The notes below the pieces were generated by a model. That model made no database searches and was not told where the DNA came from. It saw nothing but the letters and a program-made list of their open reading frames with translations. Source: Pseudogymnoascus verrucosus (Eukaryota). From it: DNA of 64,000 bases. The translations under genes and the position numbers were made by a program. Positions 1 through 12,727 of the stretch are shown piece by piece; position 1 is the stretch's first letter; each line of letters opens with the position of its first letter. The DNA is taken from the NCBI GenBank assembly GCA_001662655.1, contig KV460275.1; one strand, written 5' to 3'.

Positions 1-660
1 ACCGCGCCTACCGGAACCGTCCCCACCGTTCTCTTCCACGGCAAAGAGGTTGAAATACCCCTTCCCGCCGGCCTTGCGCTCAGTTCCCCCTCTCTTGACC
101 TCACGCGCTCCATGCCATCGACACAAACAAACGCAATATACGACTATCTCCCCCCACCAACAGTCGCACTCACCAAATCACCCCCCTGCGCCATCTGGCC
201 CGCCAATCCACCCCGTGCCTACCTCTATTGCGAGGGAAGCATGCTATGCCACCCTCTCGTGTCCCCTCTCTCTGGGGAATCCTGGGCAGGCGCACCGCCA
301 ATATTCGTCGTTAGCGGCGAGGAGATGCTGGCGGATGAGGGGAAGGCGTTTGTGCAGAAGGCTGCGGCGCAGGGAGTTACAGTGGTCTGGGAGCAGTATG
401 AGGCGATGCCGCATTGCTTCTCGTTGCTTTTGGAGGGCAACCCGGTGGGTGCGATGAGTTTCGATTCTTGGGCTGAATTTGTGAAGATGGCAGTGCAAAA
501 CCCGGCGGAGATTATGACGAAGGCGGATTTTATCACGGCGAAAGCTTTGGTTAGGCAGCCAGTGGATATTGGCAAATTAATGGAGATGAGTGATGAGGTT
601 ATCCTGGGGCGTATGAGGAAGTCGAGGCAGGAGATAATTGAGCGCGCTGCCACGAATTAA
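1..660 (+). CDS. Alpha/beta hydrolase fold (HSL-like esterase/lipase), 3' part; 5' end outside window
   Basis: Frame is open from base 1 to TAA at 658-660. Motifs LPAGLALSSPSLDLT, HPLVSPL, PPIFVVSGEEMLADE and YEAMPHCF (acid and His of the catalytic triad). Confidence 0.8.
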   Translation, partial: TAPTGTVPTVLFHGKEVEIPLPAGLALSSPSLDLTRSMPSTQTNAIYDYLPPPTVALTKSPPCAIWPANPPRAYLYCEGSMLCHPLVSPLSGESWAGAPPIFVVSGEEMLADEGKAFVQKAAAQGVTVVWEQYEAMPHCFSLLLEGNPVGAMSFDSWAEFVKMAVQNPAEIMTKADFITAKALVRQPVDIGKLMEMSDEVILGRMRKSRQEIIERAATN

Positions 661-1208
661 TGAAGTGGCATAGGTCTCAATTATATGTATAACTCTCTCT
701 CTACTATTTGTTGTACTTTATTATACCCATTAGCTTTGCCTAAACTTTATTATCGACGCAGATGTGTTGAGATTGACACAAGGCTTTGTGCAAGACACAT
801 CAAATGTATTGCGCATAAATGATTTACATCAAGGAGGATACAATTTGATTCTATGAAAACGTTAATAAATAAATTCTAAAAGTAATGTAGTTGGGGTTAA
901 TGGTGCCAATCTCGACCACAAGCGGATGATCAGGCACAAGTGCCATCAATGGGATATCGACAGCGCTCTCACCTCTCGCGGTTGCAGTAAGAGTGGTATC
1001 TCTGAATCAGTTCTGACACGGGGCAGTGCAACACAACTAAATATTATACAGATCTCGCCATTATCACGCAGACACTACGTTATGACATGGGGTTTGAGAA
1101 CGCATCTCCACTGCCTCGACATTGGGTATCTGCTTGTGATTTTCACATTCCTTCAAATCTAGCCTAATGCGAAGTAACGCATCGATTTCTGCAACACAAG
1201 GTAGGGTA

Positions 1209-1529
1209 TTAGCTCGCCTCAGCCACTGTCAAAGTCTTCAACTTTTGATCAACTGTTTGATCAACTGTCGAAGTCTTCTCTAACTGCTGACTCTTTTCTT
1301 TCTTTGCCTTCTTCGCCGCTTTCTTTGCAGCAGCCTTCTCGACCTCAAGACGCCTCTGCTCCTTTGCAGCGCTTCCGCCATATACCTCTTGCCACTCCTC
1401 TACCTTTGCCGTGGGGATAACCGTGAATAGCGGAAATGCGGCGTTGCGTTAAGAGTACGGAAGTGCACTGAGGATCAATTTGTTGGGCTCTCCTGGTACT
1501 GGCAGGACCGGAATGGTTCGGCTCGCCAT
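1209..1529 (-). pseudogene. MES1: Internally deleted methionyl-tRNA synthetase remnant (N-terminus joined to C-terminus)
   Basis: Minus strand from CAAAATG reads MASRTIPVLPVPGEPNKLILSALPYS*RNAAFPLFTVIPTAKVEEWQEVYGGSAAKEQRRLEVEKAAAKKAAKKAKK...EAS*. The first block resembles the MetRS start (ILP..ERNILITSALPY). The second resembles the MetRS end (LF..I...K..EW...YGG plus Lys/Ala tail). One in-frame TAA lies at the junction. Confidence 0.7.
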
Positions 1530-1845
1530 TTTGAGTTGTGTGTGGTGAAGATGTCGTGGTAAAGGCCAAAAAGGTCGACACCGAGAGCGAGAATGGTACA
1601 AAACGACGTGGGGTTGGGTGACTCAGTTGAGCCTTGAAGCGCGGGGTGGAGGGAGGGGCAGCCGCCTGCGGGGGGAGGGGGGTGACGGGGGTTAGTTTTT
1701 CCGCTCCATTTGCTGGTCATTTGCCGCCCCATTTGCACCTGCCACCACCACGACATCCTCCACATCCTCCATCCTTTCCCCGTGTCTAGGCGCGACGTGC
1801 GCGTAGCGGCAAGGGGCGGATATGGTTCGGTGTAGGATAGATCAG

Positions 1846-1888
1846 GCGTAGATCCGGCGTAGATCCGGCGTAGGTCCGACGTAGATCA
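1846..1888. repeat. 11-bp tandem repeat (GCGTAGATCCG), about 4 copies
   Basis: gcgtagatccg gcgtagatccg gcgtaggtccg acgtagatc read directly. Confidence 0.8.
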
Positions 1889-2145
1889 TCTGGCGGCAAT
1901 ACTGTAGTAGGCGCCTTTTCGGAGTTCGGGGCAGTGGGTAGTGTAGTGGTAGTGTAGTGGGGTAAGCGACTAGAGCAAGGTTGACCGACAAATGAGTTAC
2001 TAGGTACTAGTACATGCATTAACTATAAATATATTATAAAACTGCCATACTCTTAGCTACTTGCCAGAGGTCACAGGTACAAGAGCAAGCACAGGAGATC
2101 ATAGGAGACCACAAGAAAAGTTAGGGAACCCCTAACCCAGAACTT

Positions 2146-2214
2146 CCCACCCATTTCCTACCCATTTCCCACCCCTTCCTACCCTTTTCTACCCTTTCCT
2201 ACCCTTTCCTACCT
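2146..2214. repeat. Degenerate 10-bp pyrimidine-rich tandem repeat (CCTACCCTTT-like)
   Basis: About 6-7 imperfect units read directly. Confidence 0.75.
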
Positions 2215-2800
2215 TAAAACCCCCCCGTCTCAATAGCGTCGAATGGCGTCGATAGGCTCAGCCTCCACCACCAACCTCAATCTTTCCTGATCGGGCGATT
2301 ATACACGAGATTCCATACCAAAGCGTCACACACGTGTCTGAATCTGCCCGAGTCTGACTGAGTCTGCCTGAATCTACTCTGCTTTTCGACACAACGAGGC
2401 TAACTCTACGCGACAATATTGATATCCCCAAAAATTCAACCTTGTCAGTCATGTCCCCTCCGTTTCTCGGCGAGGCTGGGTAGTCTGAGTAGTCGTGCAT
2501 TGTGCATTGTGCACTGTGCACGCTGAATAAAGTCTATCCCCCCATCCCTACCACCCACAGGCAAGTTTGTCGTCTCTTTGAAATCTACTCCCTCTCTCTC
2601 TCCGTTCTCCTTCTTCCACATTCATCTTGATCCGCGCCTTCGTCTTCGTCTTCTTCTTCATCTTCACCACCTACACTTGCACCTACACCACCTACACCCA
2701 CCTTCACTTGCACCTATATCTCCAATCGTCGTCCTCGGACCCCCGTACAACCTACGAGAGCGCAGACACGCCCAGGCGCACCTCGCGCCGCAATAGACCG

Positions 2801-4072
2801 ATGCGTTCCTCAACTCTCACCCTCCTCTCCCTCCTCACCACCGCTCACTCCGCTCACCTACCACCACCTGCGCGCCTCCCCCGTCGCGTCGACCAGTCCA
2901 TCAATCCCCGTGCTGAATACATCGGCGGTTGGGCCTGGTCAACCTCCGACACCTGTACAGGCGCCTGGTCGCAGACATGCGGGACCAGCAATAACAGCTG
3001 CTGCCCCACCGGCGAGACCTGCTTCACGACCGGCTATGGCGCATACTGCTGTCCAACTGGTCTGTCTCCCCCATCACCCGTTTGCAACTCTACCTAACCA
3101 CCTTCCAGCCGCGGACTGTATCAACAAACTCCTCACCCTACCCGCCTGCGCTGACCAGTCAATGGAGATGTATCCCTGGCCCTATGCTCCGCGCTACTTC
3201 TGCTGCTCCGCTGGCCTCGTCGCCATAGTCCCCTATAGCGGCTCCGGCGGGCTCTGCCTCCCTGCAGATCAGAACATTCCCGCCTCCCTGATCCTCACAG
3301 CTGTACGTCCCCCTCTACCCTACACCAAACCCAAAAGTTCACCACTAACGCCTCGCAGTCAGCACAAGTAGGCGTAGGCATCTCGCGAACGTCTGTCCCC
3401 GTCGTCAGCGCAACAAACCCCGCCAGAACCTCGGGCACGGTGTCAGGCTACAGCCCCTCCACCCCCACCTCTGGCAGTGCGACCAGTACGAGCAGTACGA
3501 GCTGCACCTCAAGCCCCTGCCCCGGCACCACCGACACAAAATCATCTTCCGGCTCCAGCAAACCTCTCAGCAACGCGGCCATCGGCGGTATCATCGCAGC
3601 CGGCGCGGTCCTTTTCCTCATCCTCATTTACTGTGGCGCAAAACGAAAGCGAAACAAGAGCAAGATGAACGTCCCCCCAAGAATGGAGGTATACCCGCCT
3701 ATTGCCCCGCTCCCAGCGAAGCCGATGTACGTCAGCACCGGACAGCCTTACTACACCCCGCAACCCGCTCGCGGCACCGAGACATTCAACGCACCAGCTC
3801 CGCAGGGGTCGGCAAACACCCAGAGTCCTGTCCCGGCCAATGCGGTGCCTGTCAGCCCCCTCAGTTCGAGAGTAGCGTCACCACCACCAGCGTACGGAGC
3901 GACCCCTGCGGCGCAGTATGGGGAGTTGCACAGCCAGGCGGCGGGGCCAGGGGTGCAGTATGGAGAGTTACACGGTCAGGCGGTGGGACCAGGGGAGCTG
4001 GATGGGGGGAGGGCTCAAGGGTGGGCGAGGACAGACGGGAGAGAGAGCGTCACTGGGAGACAGGAGATGTGA
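2801..4072 (+). CDS. Single-pass type I membrane protein: signal peptide, Cys-rich ectodomain, Ser/Thr stalk, TM helix, Pro-rich tail with PPxY motif
   Basis: Exons about 2801-3059, 3109-3302 and 3359-4072 join in frame across GT..CTAAC..AG introns. Signal MRSSTLTLLSLLTTAHSA; CCPTGETC..YCCPT; TM AAIGGIIAAGAVLFLILIYCG followed by KRKRNK; SPPPAY. Confidence 0.75.
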
Positions 4073-4167
4073 GGTGATGATTGACTTCAGGCGGAAGAGG
4101 ACCGACGGGAGGGAGAGCGTCACGGGGAGGTAGGACATGCGAGGGCATGGTTGATTGAATTCAGGCG
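4029..4167. repeat. Imperfect ~70-bp tandem duplication spanning the stop codon
   Basis: ggacagacgggagagagagcgtcac...ttcaggcg is repeated as ggaccgacgggagggagagcgtcac...ttcaggcg. Confidence 0.7.
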
Positions 4168-4760
4168 TTTACTATGATGGTATGGTGCTCTAGAAGGTGT
4201 TATTGGAATTGGGAGGGTGTTTTGGCGGGATATATCCGATAGTTCTGGGCGTTTTTATTGCGTTTTATTCCATTCTGGCTGGCATATCTGTTAATATTCC
4301 GTTAACGCAGGGGAACAAATGTATACATCCACTATATATTTAAATTGTATATAAAATCTACATACACGTACATCTTCATTGTCCATAAAATTAAATAAAT
4401 GGTCTCGTCTTGGAATTTCTTACTGGAATTTCCATTTCCATTTCCATTGTCTCTTCGACTCGAAATCACCTCAAAAAGTACGTACCTCCATCCCGCTACG
4501 TGATTGGCCAACTCCCCTCTCCCCACGGCAACTCCCGTACCAGCTTCCCACTGCGGCAACCACGCAAAGAAAGCTACCTTGCTGTTCATCCGCATCCATA
4601 CCGTCCCTGAGGCTCAACCAACTCAAAGAGCAACAACGTCAATTGACAACCACGCACATCGCTGATTATATACCCCAAAGGCACGACAGGAGCGATTCGC
4701 AGATTACGAGCTAAGGGGGATTGTTTGTTTTTGTTTGGGTGGGCGAAGGATTGAGCAAAG

Positions 4761-7256
4761 ATGGTTGCGCCGGCGGTGCCAGAGTAGGTTCACTCCGAGT
4801 CCCGTTGTGCCTTTTGACGACAGGGGATGAGCGGTTTGAAACTGCAGCCATCAGTGTTGCATGGACATGTGCAGCTATCCAGAGCAATCATGAGGTTGAT
4901 CCAGATGGATTGACGCTGAAAGTTCACGCCGCGCGGCCATGGCTGGGTTGAACAATGCTGACGTTTCCCCCCCTTAGGTTGACGGAGGAGGTGATGCACG
5001 AGAGCGTTGAAGCGCGCACAGAAGGACTCTCATCTCTCCGCGAACTTGGACCCCCAGATCTAGTACACCTGGTCAAGCAGGCGCCACGAAACCCAGCGAG
5101 ACAGGTATGCACCCCTCCTCACCCCCCTGGACTGTGGGGGGAATTTGACTCGTGGGCTGACGAAGGGGGTAGTCGGGAATCTATCACCATGTTACGGGAG
5201 TGGATGCATCGTCATCGGCGAGTCTAGCAGCGTATATTAATACACTCACATATACGGTCTTCGATAAGGCCGTCGCGAAGATTGTAGAGGGGACTTATTG
5301 GTTCGTTCTCCCCACCCCCTCACAACCACGATGAAAGGGTCAAGACTCTAACAAATACCAGCTGCTACAATGCCTTCTCCCGCGTTGACATGCGCGTCCA
5401 GGTCACGATTCCCGGCTCCGTCGAAAGCTACTGCATCGACGAGCGTGGCGACAAGCGCGTTGCTTCTGACGAACTCTGGCTGGAGACATACCTGTGCAGC
5501 GTCCTGCGCTCATATTCATACGCTGACGATGGAAGCGGCGAGACTATTCGCAAGATCATGGGCGTGAGGCGCTTCAACCCAGTCACAAATACGGAGACGG
5601 AACATAGATTTTTGGCTGCGGCGGAGCATCTGTTTTTCAGAGGTATGTTGGGAAAGTTGTGTGGTGATAGCGACAGTGGTGTGATGATGCTGACTGGATT
5701 ATAGGATGGCAGCTTGGATCGGATTCGATGGTTCAGGTCCCCAACAATGTCGCGAACCACCTCACCGCCGGACTCCTCCGATACTTCCACACAACCGGCC
5801 GCTTCGCGTCTGGTATCAACCTCTTCGAGAAGCTGCGTGTCAAGAATGTCGAGGTCTCCTCCCTCCTCGCAAAGGTTATGATCATGGGCAACGAAGAGGT
5901 ACAAGCTGTCCGCGTTCTCCACGAAGCAGTCAAGCAATCCCCCATGGACTACGTCCTTCTCGACACCCAAGCCGACTTCCTCATGAACAAAGCCCTCAAC
6001 CCGACCACCCCCGAGCTGAAGAAGGAGCGCCTTGCTTGGGCCCTTGGTTGCGCTGACCGCAGCACTATCGCCGCCCCGAGCGAATTCGGCACCTGGGCAC
6101 GCCTTGCGCAAGTCTACGTCGCAATGGAGGATTGGGAGAACGCGCTCACGACCCTCAACTCATGCCCGATGTTCACGTACCAGGACAAGGATGCGCCGTT
6201 GATGCCAGAGCCGAAGGACGTGCACCTTCCCACACTTCCAGAGACGCGCCTCGATGAGATCGACAGCGAGCCCGACTCCAAATTCTCCGAGCAGGTCCAC
6301 CCCAGCCTGCTCGGCCTTCGCGCCGCGCAGTACAAGGGAACCTTTAAGAAGGCGTATAGCATCTTGACAGAGATGACGGCCAAGATTGGCTGGGATCAGC
6401 TGCTCAAGATCCGTAGCCAGGTGTTCGTAATGGAGGAAGAGTACCGCACCGATCGCCAGCCGGGTGAGGAGAAGCGCAACCCGAGCACGGATGTGCTGAG
6501 GGGGACGCCGGATCCACAGGCGAATGGCGCAGAGGAGGTAGAGTCTGAGGTGAACGGGTCTCCTGCTGAAGATGCCGACGAAACTGCCTCGGACGCTGGT
6601 GCTGCCCTCGAGAAGCCCGAGCAGACCGTGCACAAAGAAGAAGCTAAAGCCGGCAACGAAGACGTACACCTCCCCCACCCCGCTACCTCAAAACCCTGAC
6701 TAACATATCCTAGCCTGACACCACCGAAGAACAACTCGCGCGCTTCAACAACAAACGCCTCTGCGAGCGCTGGCTCGACAGCCTCTTCATGGTCCTCTAC
6801 GAAGACCTCCGCATCTACACCATCTGGCGCACCGAGATGGCCCAGTATCGCGCCCAGTCTCTGCAATACCAGAAGTCCGCCGAGGAATGGGAGATCCTCG
6901 GTGCCCTCGCTACCCGTCTACACCACGCCCCCGAGGCAGCCGAGGCCTACCGCGCCTGCCTTGCTATCCGATTCAGCCCCAAGGCGCTGCGCGGGATATT
7001 GGGTGGGTACGAAAAGGAGCACCGCACGAGGGATGCGGTGCAGGCGGTTATTAGACTTATTACCTGGCAGTATCGCTGGTACTCGGAGTTCTCGCCTGAG
7101 CTGCTGTGGACGGTTAGATCGCTGATTGAGGAGGATGGCGCGATGAAGGTGAGGAGTATTATTCAGGCGAGCAGTTTGCCGCAGAATGTGCTCGAGTTGA
7201 CGCATCATTATGCGGCGTTGTGTGCGGCGTTTAGAAGCAGTGGGACTGAGGGTTAG
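4761..7256 (+). CDS. BUD7: ChAPs family (Chs5p-Arf1p-binding; Bud7/Bch1/Chs6) exomer cargo adaptor, multi-exon
   Basis: Spliced product MVAPAVPE|LTEE..LRELGPPDLVHLVK..G.YHHVTGVDASSSASLAAYINTL..CYNAFSRVDMRV..LWLETYLCSVLR..ALTTLNSCPMF..NKRLCERWLDSLFMVLYEDLR..EWEILG..WQYRWYSEFSP. These are hallmark ChAPs motifs. Confidence 0.92.
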
Positions 7257-8691
7257 CGTGGGAGTGTGCGGATGTGGCGGATGACGGGAGGGGACCGCTA
7301 TTGGATGGGTAGTGTTCGAGGCGGTTCATGGGGGTAGTAGATAGATATGGTGGTAATGTGTAGGAGTGTATGTATGACTGGGAGCTTGTATGCGTGTGGT
7401 GATCGGCAATCCCTGTATGTCAGTTTGGGGTATTCACGTTTATCATGAGCATAGATCTAGCTCTCGCACTTCAGCCTATATTATAGCAACATCGTCAACT
7501 CACACTTCCAACGTATGCTCTTTAGCCAGGTCTCCCTAATATTCTCGTACATCTAGACTTGATCACACTCACCCCTTTCTCTCCGTCTTCACCAGCTGAC
7601 AACTATTTCCAGCGTGTAGCTTCTGTGCGTACTCCCACGCATCACCAGCAACAGGCAACCCCTCCATGAGTCCCTTGGCGAAAGAATTTCATCATGGAGG
7701 CAATGAAGTTGATACCTGGCGCCGTAAATAGATAGACGTCATGTTATGTCAGCTACATTAATGCCAAGCCGTCGAGGAGGAGAGGCAGATGGCGGGGAAG
7801 GTGGGGAGGGAGCGATGGGGGTAGCGCTAATAGTCGGATCGGTTTAGCGCGTGTAATCAAGCTGCGCGCTAGCCAAGCGATCGCCCGTTAGGACCCAAAT
7901 AGAGTTTACCGCATCGATCGTTAGGGACGACGCCGAAGCTAGTCTATATTAGGACCAGGGTCACCCGCAACGTTACTTCTGGGCAAGCCTGGGCAGAGTC
8001 GACGTGATGGCAGCTATGAGAACGTACGTAGGATTCGGTAGTTGGCCTGTGACATATTAATCATGGTATGCATCGTGATATTGGATATCCATACTCCAAC
8101 ATGCACCCCATGCCATACTAAAGCATAAACACTCACATGCATCTACATGCTACAGCATACACACTAGGCACTGCCGGTAATGTCTCAGACACCTCACGGG
8201 GACACATGCTAACGCTGTATTCAGGAGCAAACACACCAGAATGCCGCTTTCGGTCCTTGATATACCGGCTCAAAGCCGATGATTGGCCCCGGCTTACCCT
8301 CTCCCTCGGCGTCATGCCACCGATCAGACACCCGGCATGCGAATCAGCTTTCCGATATCACATTTGTGTCCTCGTGCCTGACCCTGTTCGCATCATTCCG
8401 CTCCCCTATTGCAGGTTCCACGGGGCTGATTAACCCGAACCAGAGGGACTTGGGGACACTTGGGGACCGGGTGAGGCGGCGCAGGGATGGAGCCTCACTT
8501 CTCTCCTTGTTGCATTTCTTGACTTCGTCATGGAGGGGCACGAACGATGGTGAGGGGTTGTCAGAAGACAATGAGAGGAATGACGTTATTGCGGTGGTAT
8601 GAGATAGGTGAGGGCCTCGGCGCGTTGAACGCGCGGGGCCTTTTTTATTCATACCGAGCTTTTCCTCGAAGTACGTCTATCTCCAAACAAT

Positions 8692-10837
8692 ATGAGGTTT
8701 TCAGGCCTGCTTCAGGGAGCTCTATCTGCTATTCTATTCTCAGGATGCGTCTCCGCGGTCAAGTTCCAGGAGTACATCCTTGCCCCAAGTGACCGCAACG
8801 TGCAATGCAGAGACCTTCTTAACACCACTAACAAGGTCGAGAACCCCGGTGCTCTCTGTACCGCTTCTAAAAACAGCGATGGCACCACTTTTACCGGCGA
8901 CTCGGCCATCACCATCGATTTTGGCAAAAATGTCGCCGGCACTGTTCAGTTTAACGTCAAAGCCGTCTCAGGCGACGCTGAGTTTATTGGCTTCACCTTC
9001 ACCGAGAGCAACATGTGGATCAGCACCACCCTCAGCGACTCCGCCAACGCTGCCACTTTTGACAGCCCGCTCTGGTTCCCTGTTGGTGCCGCCGGCGTCT
9101 ATGCAGCCGACAAGACGCATCAGCGCGGCGGCTTTCGCTACATGAGTCTTTGGCACAACTCCACGGGGAAGATGGCCATTGACTCGCTGTCAGTGAACTT
9201 CACGGCGTCTCCAGAGATGGCGAACGCACAGGACTATGCAGGGTACTTTAATAGTGATAGCGAGAAGTTGAATCGTGTGTGGTATGCGGGCGCGTACACT
9301 AACCAGCTATGCACCTCGGATCCGGCATATGGAAATTCGCAGAATGTGCCAGGTGTGGGTTGGTACTTGAATGGCAGGCTGTCAGGTTAGTTGGCTCCTT
9401 TATGAGTGAATTCTTCATATTCTAGCAGCGCGTGGGGATATTGGTATATGGGAGTTGGACGAATGGCTAATGCATAATAGAGGGCACATCGGTTCTCATG
9501 GATGGAGCAAAACGGGATCGCCTTGTCTGGCCTGGTGACATTGCAATTTCTGGTCCTTCGATGTTCGTGTCAACCAACAGCCTTGATGGGATTAAAAATG
9601 GTCTATCGGCTTTATTTTCAATGCAGGAAGCGAGTGGGCGATTACCATACAATGGAATTGGCTATTTCCTCAAGGGCTACTTCGATTACAGCTTTACATA
9701 CCATCTCTACACACTTCTTGACCTATACGATTACTACACGTATTCGGGCGACCTAGCGTACCTGGAAAAGTACTGGCCTCAGTATAAGCTGGGTCTTGCC
9801 AATACGGTCGCACTGATTGATAGCACCGGAATGGCCAATGTTGACAGCCCCAACGATTGGCTCCGGTCCGGCATGGGCGGTCACAACGGAGAGGTTAGTT
9901 TTCCAGCTCTGCCAAAACCCCACTTACAGAACTAACACCCACCTGGTAGGCAAATTCAATCTTTTATCACACCCTGGAAAAATCCATCACTCTTGCCAAC
10001 GTACTCAATGACACGGCTTTAATCCCCACTTGGACCGCCGCCATGTCCAGCATCCGCACCGCCCTGAACGCCAACCTCTGGGACCCATCCCAAAACCTCT
10101 TCTTCGACAATGCTGAGGACAAGTCAGCCACCGCAGTCCATCCGCAAGACGGAAATTCGTGGGCCATCATCGCTGGCCTTGTCACCCCTGACCGGGCATC
10201 CGCAATTTCTAAAGCCCTCGCAGACCGTTGGGTTCGTCCGTTTGGTGCCCCTGCGCCAGAGGCAGGTAAGGCCATCTCACCATTTGCATCCGGATTCGAG
10301 GTACAAGCCCATTACCTTGCTGGCGCAGCGCATCGTGCCATCGACCTTATGGAATTCATGTGGGCAGATTTCATGCTCGACGACCCACGCATGACAAACT
10401 CCTCCCTCATCGAAGGGTACTCTTCCGATGGCTCTCTTCACTACCCCCCTTACGATAACGATGCGCGCGTCAGCCATGCACATGGATGGGCCACCGGTCC
10501 TACATCCGCGCTGTCGTTTTTCGGCGCGGGAATTCAACTTACCAGCGCGATGGGCCGAACGTGGGAGATTCATCCGAGGTTGGGGGGGCTAAATAGAATC
10601 AGCGCGGGGTATGAGACGGGACTTGGGGAGTTTGAGGCCCAGTGGGAGGCGTCTGGAGTGGTGGTAGTGGGGAGTTTCACGACTCCTCAAGGGACGAGTG
10701 GTAGATTGGTGTTGCCGAGAGGAGGGGGATATACGGTTACGGGATCGAATGGCGTGGTGGTGCCGACTGAGAAAGGGGGTGATACCTTTGTGTACGCGGA
10801 TTTGCCGGGGGGCACCTATGAGATTGCTTTGGCCTGA
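8692..10837 (+). CDS. Secreted GH78-type alpha-L-rhamnosidase-like glycoside hydrolase (3 exons)
   Basis: Signal peptide; IDFGKNVAG, RGGFRY, LNRVWYAGAYT, DGAKRDRLVWPGD, HPQDGNSWA, SHAHGWATGPT. Introns at about 9386-9480 and 9893-9949. Confidence 0.88.
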
Positions 10838-11052
10838 GTTCTGCGGTGGCAAAGCATTAGGCAAAGCATTAGGCTGATGATATAGAAATGAAGCTGTTGT
10901 TTATAATCTCGTGGGCTACAGCGTGATAGCGGGGAAAGTTATAAGGAAACAGGCCATTCTTTTGAAATATGTCCGTAATTATTTATTGTGCGGAGTTTCT
11001 ACTATTTATACAGCACAAGTTTTGCGCATACTCACGACATATATTCTTCCAA

Positions 11053-12321
11053 TCACGCTACCCACTCATACTCAGGAAGCCCAAACTTGTCAGAACTGGC
11101 GAAGGCACTCGCAAAGTACTTCTGCGCAAACTCCAATATCCTAGTCCAAGCAACGAAAGCAAAAATTCGGTTCCGCACCCACAGCCCCCATGCCGTCTGA
11201 GGTGCAAGAATTGTACGTATTAGCGGCGGCTCCCTTTGCAGTTTCGCGATCATAGGACGCATTTGCTCCTCGTATCCCTTAATTCCTGCTTCAAGGTTGC
11301 CGGCATGCTTATTTATCTCGCCTGCTAGCAAGTACGCGCCTGTGATGGCGAGGGTCGTTCCAGCGCCCGTGAAACCCGCTGCATAACCTGCGTCGCCGAC
11401 AAGGACAAAACGGCCGTTACACAGACTTGGGGTCTTGACCTGAACGATCTCGTTGGCATAGAAGTCTGTGGAATTAAGCATGCACTTCATGATTTCTTCG
11501 GTCTTCCAGCCAGCACCTTCGTAATGACTGGCGACAAACTGTTTAAGCCCATCATCGCCCCTTTTCATCGCATCGCAGAAGGATACCGAGGCGGAATGGT
11601 CGCCTGGGGGGCTAAGTCCCATCAGCACCACTTTCGTGATGCCCGAAGGATCTGAGCCTGCAGCTATGAAACGGCCACCAACAGCGCTGTATGCATGTCC
11701 CATTGCATTGCCTGCAAATAGATCCTCGTTTATCGAAAAGAACGCGGCCCAGCAGTTCGACGGGTACACATAATCCCTAGAGCCGCGGCCGAGACCCATA
11801 GCTCGAGTCCGCGAGGTAGCCCCATCGCAGGCAACGACGAGGTCATATTCCGCTGTAGCCAGCCCATTCGCAATTTCAACTATGATTGGACCGTTGACCT
11901 TTCCATCGATCTGCTGTCGCATCGACATCACTTGCTCACCAAAGACGTACTTGATACTCTTATTGTCCTTCGTCAGATCAAACAGGATTTGCGACAGGTC
12001 TCCCCGCAAGATCTCATATTCCGACACGAGAGACTGCTGCTCGGGGTTTCCAGTTGGTTTTATACACGCATATGTGCTGCCATCTGCAAGGACAAAGTTT
12101 ATTCCTTCCATCTGTGATGTCTTGGCTCGCACGGCGGTCTCCATCGGCATCTTGCGAATGACAGTTACGCCGGAAGTGCGGATGTCGACGTTCTGGCCGT
12201 TGGAGCGCAGGGAAGGGAAGCGTTCGATGACGGTTATGTCTGCGCCAGCTTTGGAAAGCCAGTAGGCAGCCGTGGGGCCAGCGATTGATGCGCCGACAAT
12301 GAGGACTTTGAGGTTGGGCAT
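11053..12321 (-). CDS. FAD-dependent monooxygenase (FAD_binding_3, group A flavoprotein)
   Basis: Intronless 422 aa ORF with VLIVGASIAGP (Rossmann), DLVVACDG and FVLVGDAGY motifs. Confidence 0.9.
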   Translation of the reverse strand: MPNLKVLIVGASIAGPTAAYWLSKAGADITVIERFPSLRSNGQNVDIRTSGVTVIRKMPMETAVRAKTSQMEGINFVLADGSTYACIKPTGNPEQQSLVSEYEILRGDLSQILFDLTKDNKSIKYVFGEQVMSMRQQIDGKVNGPIIVEIANGLATAEYDLVVACDGATSRTRAMGLGRGSRDYVYPSNCWAAFFSINEDLFAGNAMGHAYSAVGGRFIAAGSDPSGITKVVLMGLSPPGDHSASVSFCDAMKRGDDGLKQFVASHYEGAGWKTEEIMKCMLNSTDFYANEIVQVKTPSLCNGRFVLVGDAGYAAGFTGAGTTLAITGAYLLAGEINKHAGNLEAGIKGYEEQMRPMIAKLQREPPLIRTILAPQTAWGLWVRNRIFAFVAWTRILEFAQKYFASAFASSDKFGLPEYEWVA

Positions 12322-12727
12322 TGTATTTGGCAGTTGGTTTACGAATTATGAGATCAAATCATCATGGAATATTCGTACACGTTGGGATTAAGAATATATA
12401 TTGTTAAATTTATGGAAATAAATTATCTAATAAGAAACAGAACATAAAAAACAGCAAAGAATCTAGCTACTCCATACATCTAATATAAAATATAAGTATA
12501 GTGCTCGAGTAAAGTAATGCCACCTTTGGCTTGGGATGTGGATGGTACAAGTGAGGCTTGGTAAAGGCTCGGGGATTTTGAAGCTCGGGCTCCGAGCTCC
12601 GAGTCCAAGAATCCCACCAATCGGAGTTGACTTCGTCACTTTTGTCCGACGACTTCTCTTCGTTCAATTATGATACTGAGAAAAGTATTGCAATATTGGC
12701 AGTCAAAGTCATAGTCATTCCCTCACC

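Noticed and set aside
2121..2138. TTAGGG / CCCTAACCC telomere-like words
   Set aside because: Single units only; not an array.
2627..2800. Upstream extension of the membrane-protein ORF from a TTG start
   Set aside because: Low-complexity 5' leader; the ATG at 2801 gives a proper signal peptide.
4784..4978. Long first intron of BUD7 as a box C/D snoRNA host
   Set aside because: Only a weak C-box-like GGATGA and common CTGA words; no terminal stem or recognisable guide.
5428..6866. Long minus-strand ORFs opposite BUD7 (also 22143-22982 and 46908-47510)
   Set aside because: Antisense shadows of well-supported genes with biased codon usage; no motifs of their own.
7661..7700. 9-bp inverted repeat CCTCCATGA..TCATGGAGG
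   Set aside because: Too short to exceed chance expectation in 64 kb.
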